Shown here in pieces: positions 11,644 through 23,911 of a stretch of DNA of 64,000 nt. Under the pieces are notes generated by a model. That model was not told the origin of the DNA, did no database searches, and saw only the letters and a program-made list of their open reading frames with translations. The DNA is taken from contig OZ024743.1 in the NCBI GenBank assembly GCA_964016885.1, positions 4,216,001 through 4,280,000 of the forward strand. Direction: 5' to 3'. The first letter of the stretch is position 1, and every line of letters starts with the position of its first letter. The position numbers and the translations under genes were made by a program. Source of the DNA: Eledone cirrhosa (taxonomy: Eukaryota).

Positions 11644-12918
11644 CTATAAAGTAAAGCAAGTCCATAGAATTATTTGATAATATATATACACCATCTCTAC
11701 CCCCAATTAGCATAATTAACCACACAAAAATCAATTAGACCAGGCTATAAGATTAAAAGGCACCTATGAAGAAACTGTAAATAAATATACCATAGCAGCG
11801 TCTTCGCGGCCAACCGCTATAAAATATCTATCCAACATTTCAACAGCACGTGGAAATTAATTATACGGTCAACCATACACAATTAGGTATAAAATTAAAG
11901 TTAGAAATGCTTATATACATACCAGGACTAAATCACTAAATCCCTACCATGGTTTCGTTCGTATTTCGAGATATCCTATTAAGGATAAAACTCGAGTATC
12001 GAACTCGTCAGGGGACAAACGCGCTAGGACAGATTTTTTTCCGAAGTGGCCCCCGCCAAACAGGAATTCAAAATGACTTAGAACTGTGACGTGGCTATGG
12101 ACTTGCTTTACTTTATAGTATTTTGCTCTGAGTATTTAACTTATTAATTCTTCATTGAGCCATATCGTGAATGGTTGCAAAATCACATATATATCTGTGA
12201 CTTTGTTTAATTGGTGTATGTGTAAATATTTATATTTAATAATCTCCGGTAAGGTTGAGACACAATTTGGGCGATATTGGGCTGCGCTTTCTAGCAACCA
12301 ACCCACTCGCCGTAAGCAACCAATCACACTCTTTCTGACTTGACCACTGCCACGTCACAGTTCTAAGCCATTTTGAATTCGTGTTTGGCGGGGCCACTTC
12401 GGAAAAAAATCTGTCCTAGCGCGTTTGTCCCCTGACGAGTTCGATACTCGATGTTTATCCTTAATAGGATATCTCAAAATACGAACGAAACCATGGTAGG
12501 GATTTAGTGATTTAGTCCTGGTATGTATATAAGCATTTCTAACTTTAATTTTATACCTAATTGTGTATGGTTGACCGTATAATTAATTTCCACGTGCTGT
12601 TGAAACGTTGGGTAGATATTTTATAGCGGTTGGCCGCGAAGACGCTGCTATGGTATATTTATTTACAGTTTCTTCATAGGTGCCTTTTAATCTTATAGCC
12701 TGGTCTAATTGATTTTTTGAGTGGTTAATTATGCTAATTGGGAGAAGAAATGATGTATATATATTATCAGATAATTCTATGGACTTGCTTTACTTTATAG
12801 TATTTTGCTCTGATTATTTAATTTATTAATTCTTCATTGAGCCACATTGTGAATGGTTGCCAAAACACATATATATCTGTGACTTTGTTTAATTGGTGTA
12901 TGTGTAAATATTTATATT
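11641..12918 (+). mobile_element. Non-coding HHR element, family C: inverted arm plus terminally redundant 682-bp unit
   Basis: 11641-12095 is the reverse complement of ~12349-12803. 12096-12237 is directly repeated at 12778-12918. One HHR per unit, no meaningful ORF, (TA)n flanks. Confidence 0.85.
12428..12502 (+). ncRNA. Hammerhead ribozyme (family C; inverted copy at ~11941-12015)
   Basis: tccc-CTGACGA-gttcg...cgaac-GAAA-ccatgg-TA-ggga. Confidence 0.85.
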
Positions 12919-12948
12919 TTATATATACACGCATCCACACACACACAC

Positions 12949-13038
<90 letters not shown>

Positions 13039-13638
13039 GTGTGTGTGTGTGGATGCGTGTTTATATGTATGTATATGCGTACTCGGGTGAGTGCGCGTAT
13101 GTCTTAACACCTTTATAAGTTTTTCTAAAGATATATCTATATTTCTTTACTTGTATCTCTTCATGGTCGTTTATACTTCTTCCGCAATATCAATATCACA
13201 ATTTGTAAATATGTACTGAATATGCATTAGAATATATAGATTTCTAAATTTGGATGCGTATCTATGTTTCTCTCATGGTTTAAACTGTTTTGCATTTTTG
13301 CTCATGTAGAATCCTTTATAAGAATATAGATTTATGTGTTAAGCAAGCACATACCACTGAGAGATATAGGCAGATGATCAGATACATGGATACAGAACGA
13401 TACATATACAAATAGACAAATAAATTCCCATACACATACATACACAAACACACACACACACATATAGATAGAGAGAGAGGCGAGGAGGGAAGAAAGACAG
13501 CTAGAATTCTCGGCGTTGACCAGGTTGAAAAGTAACTATAAATCAAGCAGAATTGTTATTCATGAATGCTTAGTTAGAGTCCTCTTTACACTCCACAAAA
13601 AATACTTATAAACACAACACAGATGCTGTGAAGTGGAG

Positions 13639-13758
13639 TTCTTCTTCTTCTTCTTCTTCTTCTTCTTCTTCTTCTTCTTCTTCTTCTTCTTCTTCTTCTT
13701 CTTCTTCTTCTTCTTCTTCTTCTTCTTCTTCTTCTTCTTCTTCTTCTTCTTCTTCTTC
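13639..13758. repeat. (TTC)n microsatellite; possibly the (GAA)n tail of an RTE element
   Basis: About 40 perfect units lying 3' (minus-strand sense) of the RTE fragment. Confidence 0.9.
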
Positions 13759-13859
13759 GGCCGCTTGTATTTACGGTCGTATTCTTTCGGTTATTACCTA
13801 AGATTGATGATCATAGGTAAGGGTTGAGATGAATACCGAAATGAAGATAGCAAGTTTTA

Positions 13860-14283
13860 CACATACCTCCTTTCTTTTGATTACCGAATGCCGAAGCTGG
13901 ACATTACTGCACCATTTCCTGCAATTCTCGCACTTAATTCAGCCTTCTGCCTTCCATCACGCGTTAAAACAGCACTGAAATACTTGAACTTCTCAATCTC
14001 CTTCAGTGGAATGCCACTCACAGGTAGAGTGCAATGCGCAGGCTTCCTTAAGAAGACTAGTGTCTATTTCTTTGCAGTACTGATTTTCAATCCAGCAACG
14101 CAGCACTCGGCATCAAGCCTATCATGTGAATGTCTGAGATAACCTTCTGACAATTTAAATAATACCATGCCGTCTGCAAATTTCAGCCGACAGATTCTTC
14201 ACCCACGAGTCTTGATACCATTTCCAACCTGGCTACGTATGTCACACCGGCTCATGAAGATTATCAACACGAGAGGCAGTAGA
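13860..14283 (-). mobile_element. RTE-clade LINE reverse transcriptase fragment (degenerate)
   Basis: PLVLIIFM..RLKFADGMVL..AECCVAGLKISTAKK*TLV..LKEIEKFKYF..DGRQKAELSARI, with in-frame stops. Confidence 0.8.
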
Positions 14284-15325
14284 AAAGTTCTATGAAAATA
14301 ATTTCCTTTAGTGCCCCGAAATTTCCCCCCACCGCCTGCCAATACCAGCAGAACACACAATAAATGTTACTGCGTCACCTCGAAATTATACCCCGTAGAT
14401 TTTTAATCCTTAACTAAGTGCAATGTCTACTGAGGAACTACACGTTTGTACTGATCCTTTGAAATATAGATAAAACGTCCTTACACATGTTTCGAAACCC
14501 CCGGTAGATCTTCACGGGCTGGTGAAGATCTACGGGTGGGTTGGGGGGGGGGGGGTCTAAACATGTGGAGAGTGAAATATATATTTTTACCCTTTCACTT
14601 AAACCTGAAAATCCTGAAAAGACATACTCGGATAATAAGAAATCTATATCAGAAAGAATTTTATGAATTTCGCAAGGATTCAAGTTTTGAATGAAGAGTT
14701 TGGATGATTCTTATGTATGAAGACTTTTAAGGGGTAGAATGATTTCTAATCCATCGGATAGCAGAACAATAATGAGTGCTTTATTGAAATGTTTATTTGC
14801 TATCATATTTTATTGGACAGAAATCATAAATTATTATATTCTAATTTACTAATATATTTCCCTATTATTAATCGTTTCCTATTTGTCTTCTCTATCACAT
14901 CTCCTACTGATCCTTAATTATCACAAATTTGTAAATTCGTTCACTATTTCCTTCCATCGGTCTTTCAATTTCTATATCTTCTGGCATTATTCATAAATCT
15001 AGAAGGTTTAGCTAATATCAATGTTAGTATTGCTGCTATCCCTATCATTATCTTCTTAAATACATGTCTATACTTTCCTCATCTTTAATATATGGATTTA
15101 TTCTGAGATAGAATACTGAAATTAAGACACTTGCTGCGTCGTAAACTCCTATTATTCATCTGAAACGCGCTTCTAATGTCATTTTGATATCCGTTTTTTA
15201 TGATTTATTGAACATAACTAGGTAGTAGAAATATTTCCTGTGTTTAATTAAAGCCTATTTCCCCGAGGTCCAAATGCTGGAAAAACCCAGTTTTGTTTTC
15301 CTTCGTTAATGGTCAATGAAATAAT

Positions 15326-15471
15326 TGTTTCTACTTTTGGCACAAGGCCAGTAATTACCCAATGCATTACTGGTACTTTATTCTATCGACCCCGGAAGGA
15401 TGAAAGACAAAGTTAACCTCGGCGGGATTTGAACTCAAATCATACAGGGAGGTAACTCTATGCTTCAAAGC
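15326..15471 (-). mobile_element. 5'-truncated SINE family 1 with 17-bp TSD
   Basis: atggtcaatgaaataat at 15309-15325 and 15472-15488. B-box and family core present. Confidence 0.88.
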
Positions 15472-16042
15472 ATGGTCAATGAAATAATGTACCAGATGAA
15501 TATTTCGGTTGATTTCATCGACAGGTCTATCCTTGAAATGTTGTGTCTGTGTGTATACGTAAGAAATCATTCTTATTTCATCATATAGATTGTACCATTC
15601 AATTGAACCGCAAATTATGTGTGGGTTAAATAATAAATATGAAGGTATTACGACAGTGTTGTCCAACATTTGATTATAGCAGTGTCTGAGTCATTTAAAT
15701 TGGCAATATAATTCTACTACAATACACCAGTTCATTCGCTTTATTGATAGCTGCTAGGCAGTGAAGTGGAAGACTCACAAAAGCGCCTCAGATAGATTTT
15801 AATGTGCCAATCGCTCCGCTTCTAATCAAGTTCAGATACGGATGTGGTCAATAAATATGATAGGAATCAAGTTCGATTTTGCCACCCGAACCTCTCTCTC
15901 AAGACCAGCTACATAAAGCGAAGTCAAGAAAGTGTCTTTCGCATCATGGCCACACAATGTTACCATCTCTCCGTGGAAAGAATAAGAAAGCAAAACACCT
16001 GATATTTGTTTACACGTAATTCTTAACTATAAATATACTCAT

Positions 16043-16073
<31 letters not shown>

Positions 16074-16085
16074 TTAATATAGATG

Positions 16086-16136
16086 AGATTCTACAGGACT
16101 AGAACTGTTTCATTCATTAGAAATCATCAGGAATCT
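16086..16136 (-). ncRNA. Compact canonical hammerhead ribozyme at the 3' end of a PLE-type UTR fragment (~16070-17300)
   Basis: agattc-CTGATGA-tttctaatgaat-GAAA-cag-ttctagtc-ctg-TA-gaatct. All three helices pair. Confidence 0.85.
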
Positions 16137-16589
16137 GGGTATCAAAAAATAAATATGGTATTTATAGGTCTCTACAAGTGGTAGGAGAGGGTGGGGAGTG
16201 GGATGGGTGCAGGTCATTGGTTGATAGAAAAGGGAATTCATTAAAAGCTAATTCTACAAAGCTATAGTTAATTTTTATTTTTATTTATATTTATTTATGT
16301 TTTTAGAGTAACAAAGGCAGACAGAATTCTATAAACAGGTTCCGGATGGCATACCATTCCTTGTCAATAAGTTTCTCTTAAGCTAACAGATGTTTATAAA
16401 ATCAGTGGGGGGTCAGTCATAGTCGATAGAATTAAAGAAAAGGGAGATTCTTTAAAAGCTAAAGTCATTAAGGTTCTACTAAGTGACAAAGGTCTAGAGA
16501 ATTCTGCAGACAGATTCAAAATACTGAGTGCATATCTTACTATTATCTTCGAACTTCTCTTAAACTAATCAACAATATGCCAAAAATCA

Positions 16590-17300
<711 letters not shown>

Positions 17301-20300
17301 TTATACTCTGCTATGTATTGAGTACCTTACTTACTGTGGTTACCTCCGATTCAACCCGGAATAACGTATATATATATATATATAGCAGATGCTATAATTT
17401 TGTTGGGATTACTATATATTTGATTTCTATATCAACTTATTTCTAGATGGAAAAAAGTATTTTTCTTTAACCAAACGTTGGTGGTCGCGGTTATTAATGT
17501 ATTGCAGACAATTTATCTATTTCTCTTACTTTTTTTTTATTTTGTGTGTACATAATTTATTCTTTCTCAAAATGCATATAAAACAAACAAATATCATTTA
17601 GCAATATCTGAATACACTCATAAGATATAAGACCTCTTGAAAATGTAAACACGTTAATAAGAATGTGAAATTTTCTTAAATGAAACCTTTGTATTCTCTA
17701 CAAAGATTACAGAATTATAATGGAACGATAAATATAGCCTGGACAGACTGATGACCTTTATAACTCGCAACATTTAGTTAAGTCCCTTTTGTTATGAGTT
17801 CACATTCTACATGGTCTGACTTCGCTATTTTTACTCTGGAATAAATTGAATAAGCAATTCATATCAAGCCTCTACCGGTGCTGATTGAGTTAACTGAAGC
17901 ACTTTCCTGCAAATTTGTACAATTCCGCTTAATAGAAGTAATTCTGTTTTGAAATTGGATTATATATATATATGTTATACACTCTTACAGCTTATATAGA
18001 CCAACACTAAAACTCACACACATTTATATTCACCTTCATAGCTCTGTATACATACACACACACATGCACACACATACATACACGCACATACACACACATT
18101 TGCTCACAACATCGTACTTACAAACGCACACACTCTTTTACATACATATAGACACATTTTGGACATGTTACACTTTTTTCCGTTTAGGGGCATAATTTAT
18201 AAGGAAATTCCTTGAAAGGAATGTGAGAGGTATGTTTTCTCTATCCGAAAACTTGTTGAATTTTATTCATTTACATTCAAAGTCATGTTTCTGCTGGCCT
18301 ATGGCTTTATGTGTCTAGCAACTGACACATTTCACTCTCTTTCCTTTCGATTTTAATGAATTAAGTTATATATGTTGGTTAATAGAATGTATAATGTACT
18401 TTCTTTCAATAGCCAATTATTGTACACTTGTCGGTAATCATTGATAATTGAAAGATATCAGCAGTCCAATAAACATTTCCGTTGATAGATCAACAAAGCA
18501 TGAGATCTCATGGGAATGGCAGAAAAATATAAAAAATTACATAAAAACAACCAATACATTATCTCATATTAGACTAGTTTTCTCGTCACGCTACTGAACA
18601 GAACAATATTAATCACAACAGCAAACCTGTTTCTACATTGGCTCAAGGCTACATCCATTTTATGTATTTCCTTCTGTAAATCTGATACTTATCAATTTAG
18701 TGAAAATGAAATGTAAAATATTACACCAACAAGATTAGATTCTGAACATAGATGGACGACATAAAATATTGGTATTTCTGCCACAGCTACAAATTTTACT
18801 ATAAGGATTTGGGTATATTTTAATAATGTATAAGACCCTCTTATCCTATATGAATAGTAAAATGGGACGTTTAGTTCAACGTTATTAATGATAGTATTAG
18901 TTTCTTTGGGGCTGAGAAAGAAGTCATCATTTTGTAGAAGGAACAAATACCTTAGCTCTATACAACAAAATAAACATTTCAAACGGAAATTGCAAAACCG
19001 TATCAGTTTAATAACAGGAAATGAGTATGAAAGTATATCTGATATGTATGTGTACAATAAACATACAAGAGTCTCGGTATGAATGTTTTAATATGCTATC
19101 ATATTAAAACCGAGACAAGAATAAGCTAGATTTTATACATGTTTTTGCGTATGAAATATCGACTTGATATATAGTGCGAAATAAAACATCGGTTGGAGAT
19201 GTTTATTTTCATATAATGTCCTTGGCCTTAGGATCACCTACCTACTCAATACAATCAGCACGAAGTTGGTTACCCGCATGTGTAAGGAGAAAGGCCTTCT
19301 TTCTTCTGTCTGCCGGGACCGTGGAGCAGCTAGCGCGTGGGCCCCCATTTGTTTATATTAGTGAGAACGAGAGAGGGAGGCAGTGAGTGAAAGAGAGAGA
19401 ACATCAACATTTATTCACTTATTTATTTAAAGTGGCAGTAGTTTATATATTCCACAATTTGAGATAAGGGGATTAAATAGGATTAGCATTAATAATCTAG
19501 AAATATGTATCTGACGTTCCTATGCAGCTACTGCGATAGCTATGATATGGTGCTGGTAAAAGCTTCATAGTGAGACTCTGACTATATATATTATACATAA
19601 ACATAACATGCGTTCTCATATACACCACTAATATTAACCACGCTATGTTAGTGCTAATCTTGTCGTTTTCTTTAAACAGGCAAACATGTAAGGCAAATGT
19701 ATGAAAAAGGAGAATAATTAAATTGTGTTGTGTTTCAGAAAATATTGGCGTATTATTGGTAGATATAACATACTAAGGAGAATCGAAAAAGCTATTGCAT
19801 TGATTCAATAAAACCTAGTAAATCTATAAGGATACTTCCCTGTTAATAATAAATTATCCAAAAATATGTGGGTTTTAGCAAGCACCGCCGAGGAAGTGCA
19901 TAACTTCCCCGTTGCAAAACATTCACTTTGCATATGTATTTTTCTCTTTTTTACCCCGCTTCACATAAACTACAGGCATGTGTGCCTTGCCAAATTTAAA
20001 ATCCACCATGGTGAGAATTGCCCTTTGTTTATTCATGTTAGTAGCTAGAAAGAAATAGTTAGCATTATACTGATGTTGATTCAGCAAACTATCTTACATA
20101 ACAAACATAGATTAATTTACTAGACGATATTAACTATAGCAATTGAAGTAATATCTGGACAAATATAATCGATATTTAGACAGTTTTCTGGTTCAGATAT
20201 AATCTGAATAATCTTGTAGTTTATAAGAAATATATGAGATAGATACATATAGAAAAAGAAATTGATTATTTACATTCATGGATAGTTAACCTTTATATAT

Positions 20301-20500
20301 ATTAATGTACATAATATGCGCCAACACTATATATATTGGTCTTAACGTCTTGTATTGAGAGAAACATTTGTAATCATTGTTAACATCCGTTGCAGTAAAT
20401 TCTCTTGGAAAGTTCATAGTACACCCATATTTACTGACATTAGTAAAAAAGCTAATTCTCCCCCTCTCTCTCTCTCTCTCTCTCTCTCTCGCTCTTTCTC

Positions 20501-20550
<50 letters not shown>

Positions 20551-20659
20551 TATATATTTATATATATATATATTATTTATACATTTAATTTTGATATAAA
20601 TAAATTATTATATATATATATTAGAATTAAATGAGAAAAAACTCTATTTTTGGCATTAT

Positions 20660-20713
<54 letters not shown>

Positions 20714-20736
20714 ACACACATATATATATATATATA

Positions 20737-22452
20737 TTCAGGTTTGAGGTTCACCACTGTATAGAGCTGGTCTATTCCGTATGGTCAATCGTAATGTAAT
20801 AATATAGAGAGTACTCAACGTAAAGCAGTTCAACCGTCTTTGTTTTTGTAGTTGGTGGTGCTATTACGGAGTTAAATATTATAATGAAATGACAGGAGGC
20901 TGGATTTGTGTAAATCCTTGAAAGGTTTATTTATATATTGATATATTTATATATTTATACCTTTGCTTTATCAATGTGCTCTTCCACGTATTCCACTTCT
21001 ATGTATCCATGTATTTCTACTCCTCCTACTGGTACTTTTGCTCACTTGTACCCATTAGCACATGACACTAGGATGTCTCCCCATGAGAACAAAAAAATAT
21101 TACCCGACTATACCCCGTACTCTACATCCCACTAGGATAAATTATAGATCTACATAATACAATTAACGTCTCTTCATAAAAGACTCTCTTTAATTAAACC
21201 CCGCAACCCAAAACCTTATAGAAGTTTTTCTTAAATGTTTGATTTTCAATTTTCTGTTTGTTCAATTCTCAATCTTCTTACTCTTTAATTTTATAATGTT
21301 ATTCTGAATTCCTTCAACTTCATCCTATAAATTTAAACAATATTTTAAAGTTCCAACTTTCTGTCGGACTGTTGGGTGGGTTTTAATGGCGGCGCGACCA
21401 GCCCCCTGAGGAAAGGGCCTACCTTGAGTGCTTGGAAAAATAAATTTCCCATTCTTTCGGTAAATGAAAATACTCGGAGTGGCTTAATTCGCCCCGGGGG
21501 CCCGGAGCGCGGCCGGTTTTTAACCGCCACATAGTACCTTTAAATTACAGATCAAATCAGAACTATTAGATATATCAACCTTAAAATGTTAAACTGTTTA
21601 ACTTTAAATTTTCTAATTTCTTTGATATTAATTATTAATTATTAATCTTTGACTTCATCCTATAAGTCTAAACAAAAACGTAACGTTTCAATCTTCTGCT
21701 CACACATTATAACACACTGACCCCGACTATATTCACCTCTGCTAAGATACGGGTCCCTGTGAACATTTTCTCGCGCCACTCCTGGCCTGACTGTAGTCTG
21801 ACATTAATATCGACCTTTCTTCCTCTTTCTTTCTATCTTCCCTCTTGTAGCCATCAACCCTTACTCTTCTACTTCTTCCTTTTCTTCCTTCTTTTCTCCC
21901 CTCTTTCTGTCTTCCTCCCGCAGACTTATCTTCCTTCCCCCTTTTTGTTCGCCTATATCTGACCAGTAGTAGTTGTTTAGATACGGGTCCCGTCGAATAA
22001 AACAAATTCTTCGCGACAATCCTGGCCTGACTGTAATACCGACCTTCCCTCCTCTTTCTTTCTGTCTTTCTTCTTATAGCTGACATTAACCCTGGCTTCT
22101 CTTCTTCTTCCTTCCCCCTTCTTCTCTCTCCTTCCTTTCTTTCTTTTTTTTTGTCTTGTAACTTATGTTCCCATCCCTTTCTGTTTTCCTTTATCTGACC
22201 GGTAGTAGCACACTGTGAGCTTTAGCCACGTCACTCGAGGGCGACCGGCTAAGGTAGAGGGTGCAAGATAGCGGTCGCCCTCGGTTCCTCGATTTTCAGC
22301 CCCATGGATTTTATCTATTACATTCACGTATTATATTTCGAATACCTGATGATATCACCGGATTCATACGGAACCCGGTCATTGAAATGATCATAGTATA
22401 ATAAACCTTTCAAGGATTTACACAAATCCAGCCTCCTGTCATTTCATTATTA
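20737..22452 (+). mobile_element. Family A copy 2: inverted 3' arm plus 1.4-kb non-coding body plus HHR
   Basis: 20737-20931 matches 9813-10007. 22333-22451 matches 10072-10190. The body holds a ~235-bp tandem duplication and GC-rich hairpins. (TA)n flanks. Confidence 0.82.
22342..22399 (+). ncRNA. Minimal hammerhead ribozyme (family A)
   Basis: Identical to 10082-10139. Confidence 0.8.
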
Positions 22453-22631
22453 TATATATATATATATATATGTGTAATGGAAAACGAAAAATCAGTGATG
22501 CATCGGAACTCAATTTATTGTGTTACAATTGTTTCCCGGCGAACAGCTCGAGGTGCGATCTGTGTGTGTGTGGATCGACCTGACTCTAAACTCGCAGGTT
22601 CCACGCCTATGGAAGCATCTTAGCTACCATT

Positions 22632-22781
<150 letters not shown>

Positions 22782-23368
22782 TAGTTCCACAAAAAATTAC
22801 CAAACCATATTCGAGGACACGTGTTTCGCCGGAGTGATTTTTAACCCTTGTATGGCTGCGGTGAGAACGGAATTCAAACTTGTTACTCATATTCAGTATA
22901 AATTGTTAGTACATAACATAATTTCTCTGAGGGATTTTAGGAAGCCATATATACAAGAGCAAACATAGATACTCCCCTGACCATACAAATCTTACACATT
23001 TCGTCATTGGATAACTCACCTCCAACATCCTGTCTAAACACATTTGTCACTTCTCTGAAACTCAATATGTTTGTAATAAATGTTTTTAAGTATGTCGGTA
23101 TCTAAGCATATTACTAAAATCATACTGATGCCTCACCAATTGAACAGTTTCAAGACTAATTACCCCTCGTTGCATATCCATTAAGGATTTCACCAGTATA
23201 ATGTTTAGATTAGAGTCCATAACTTTTAAAGTGTGCCTGATGGTGATAACAATGTGTCTGATGATGATAACAATGTGTCTGATGGTGATAAATTGGTGTA
23301 TAAATCTAATTCTGCTTTTATGCTTTTAAAGGGTTCGTATGAGAAGGAGATCATACGGAGTTAACCAT

Positions 23369-23698
23369 GAGTAAAGGCCCCCTTCGTTCAAGAATGACCA
23401 AGGGATTTTCATCTAGAACATTCCCCTCCGAGGCACAAGTCCGGGTAAGGTTGTTTGTGGAAGGCCATCAGTCACCCATGCATACCAGCCTCCACTCCCC
23501 ACGCCACCGATGTTGTCCAATGGAAAAGCTAAGGCCGATACAGCTTGACACCAGTGACGTCGTAACTCATTTCTAAAGCTGAGTGAACTGGAACAATGTG
23601 AGATAGTGAACACAACTCAAAGCCCGGTCCGAGAAGCGAACTTACAATCTCATGATTGTAAGCCCGACGCTCAAACCACTACGCTATGCGCCTTCACT
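23369..23698 (-). mobile_element. tRNA-derived SINE family 2 with 10-bp TSD
   Basis: gaaggcgcatagcgtagtgg A-box head and agttcgcttc B-box. TSD agttaaccat at 23359-23368 and 23699-23708. Confidence 0.85.
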
Positions 23699-23757
23699 AG
23701 TTAACCATAGTGTCAACGAAATTTAGCAATATCACATTCAATTCCATTATCTCTTTC

Positions 23758-23911
23758 GGACGCCATGCTTTCCAGCATAGTTACGTCCCTTTACGATCTG
23801 AGTTCAAATCCCGCCGAGGTTGACTTTGCCTTTCATCCTTACGGGGTCGATAAAATAAAGTACCAGTAATGCACTGGGTAATTTGCTGGCCTTGTGCCTA
23901 AAGTAGAAACA
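23758..23911 (+). mobile_element. 5'-truncated SINE family 1 with 12-bp TSD
   Basis: TSD attatctctttc at 23746-23757 and 23912-23923. Confidence 0.9.

Noticed and set aside
13633-13827. Poly-Phe ORF
   Set aside because: Translation of the (TTC)n microsatellite.
21400-21515. RNase P/MRP RNA or HHR suggested by ctgaggaaag
   Set aside because: Too short, with no convincing P4 partner or HHR helix III; kept only as an unexplained structure.
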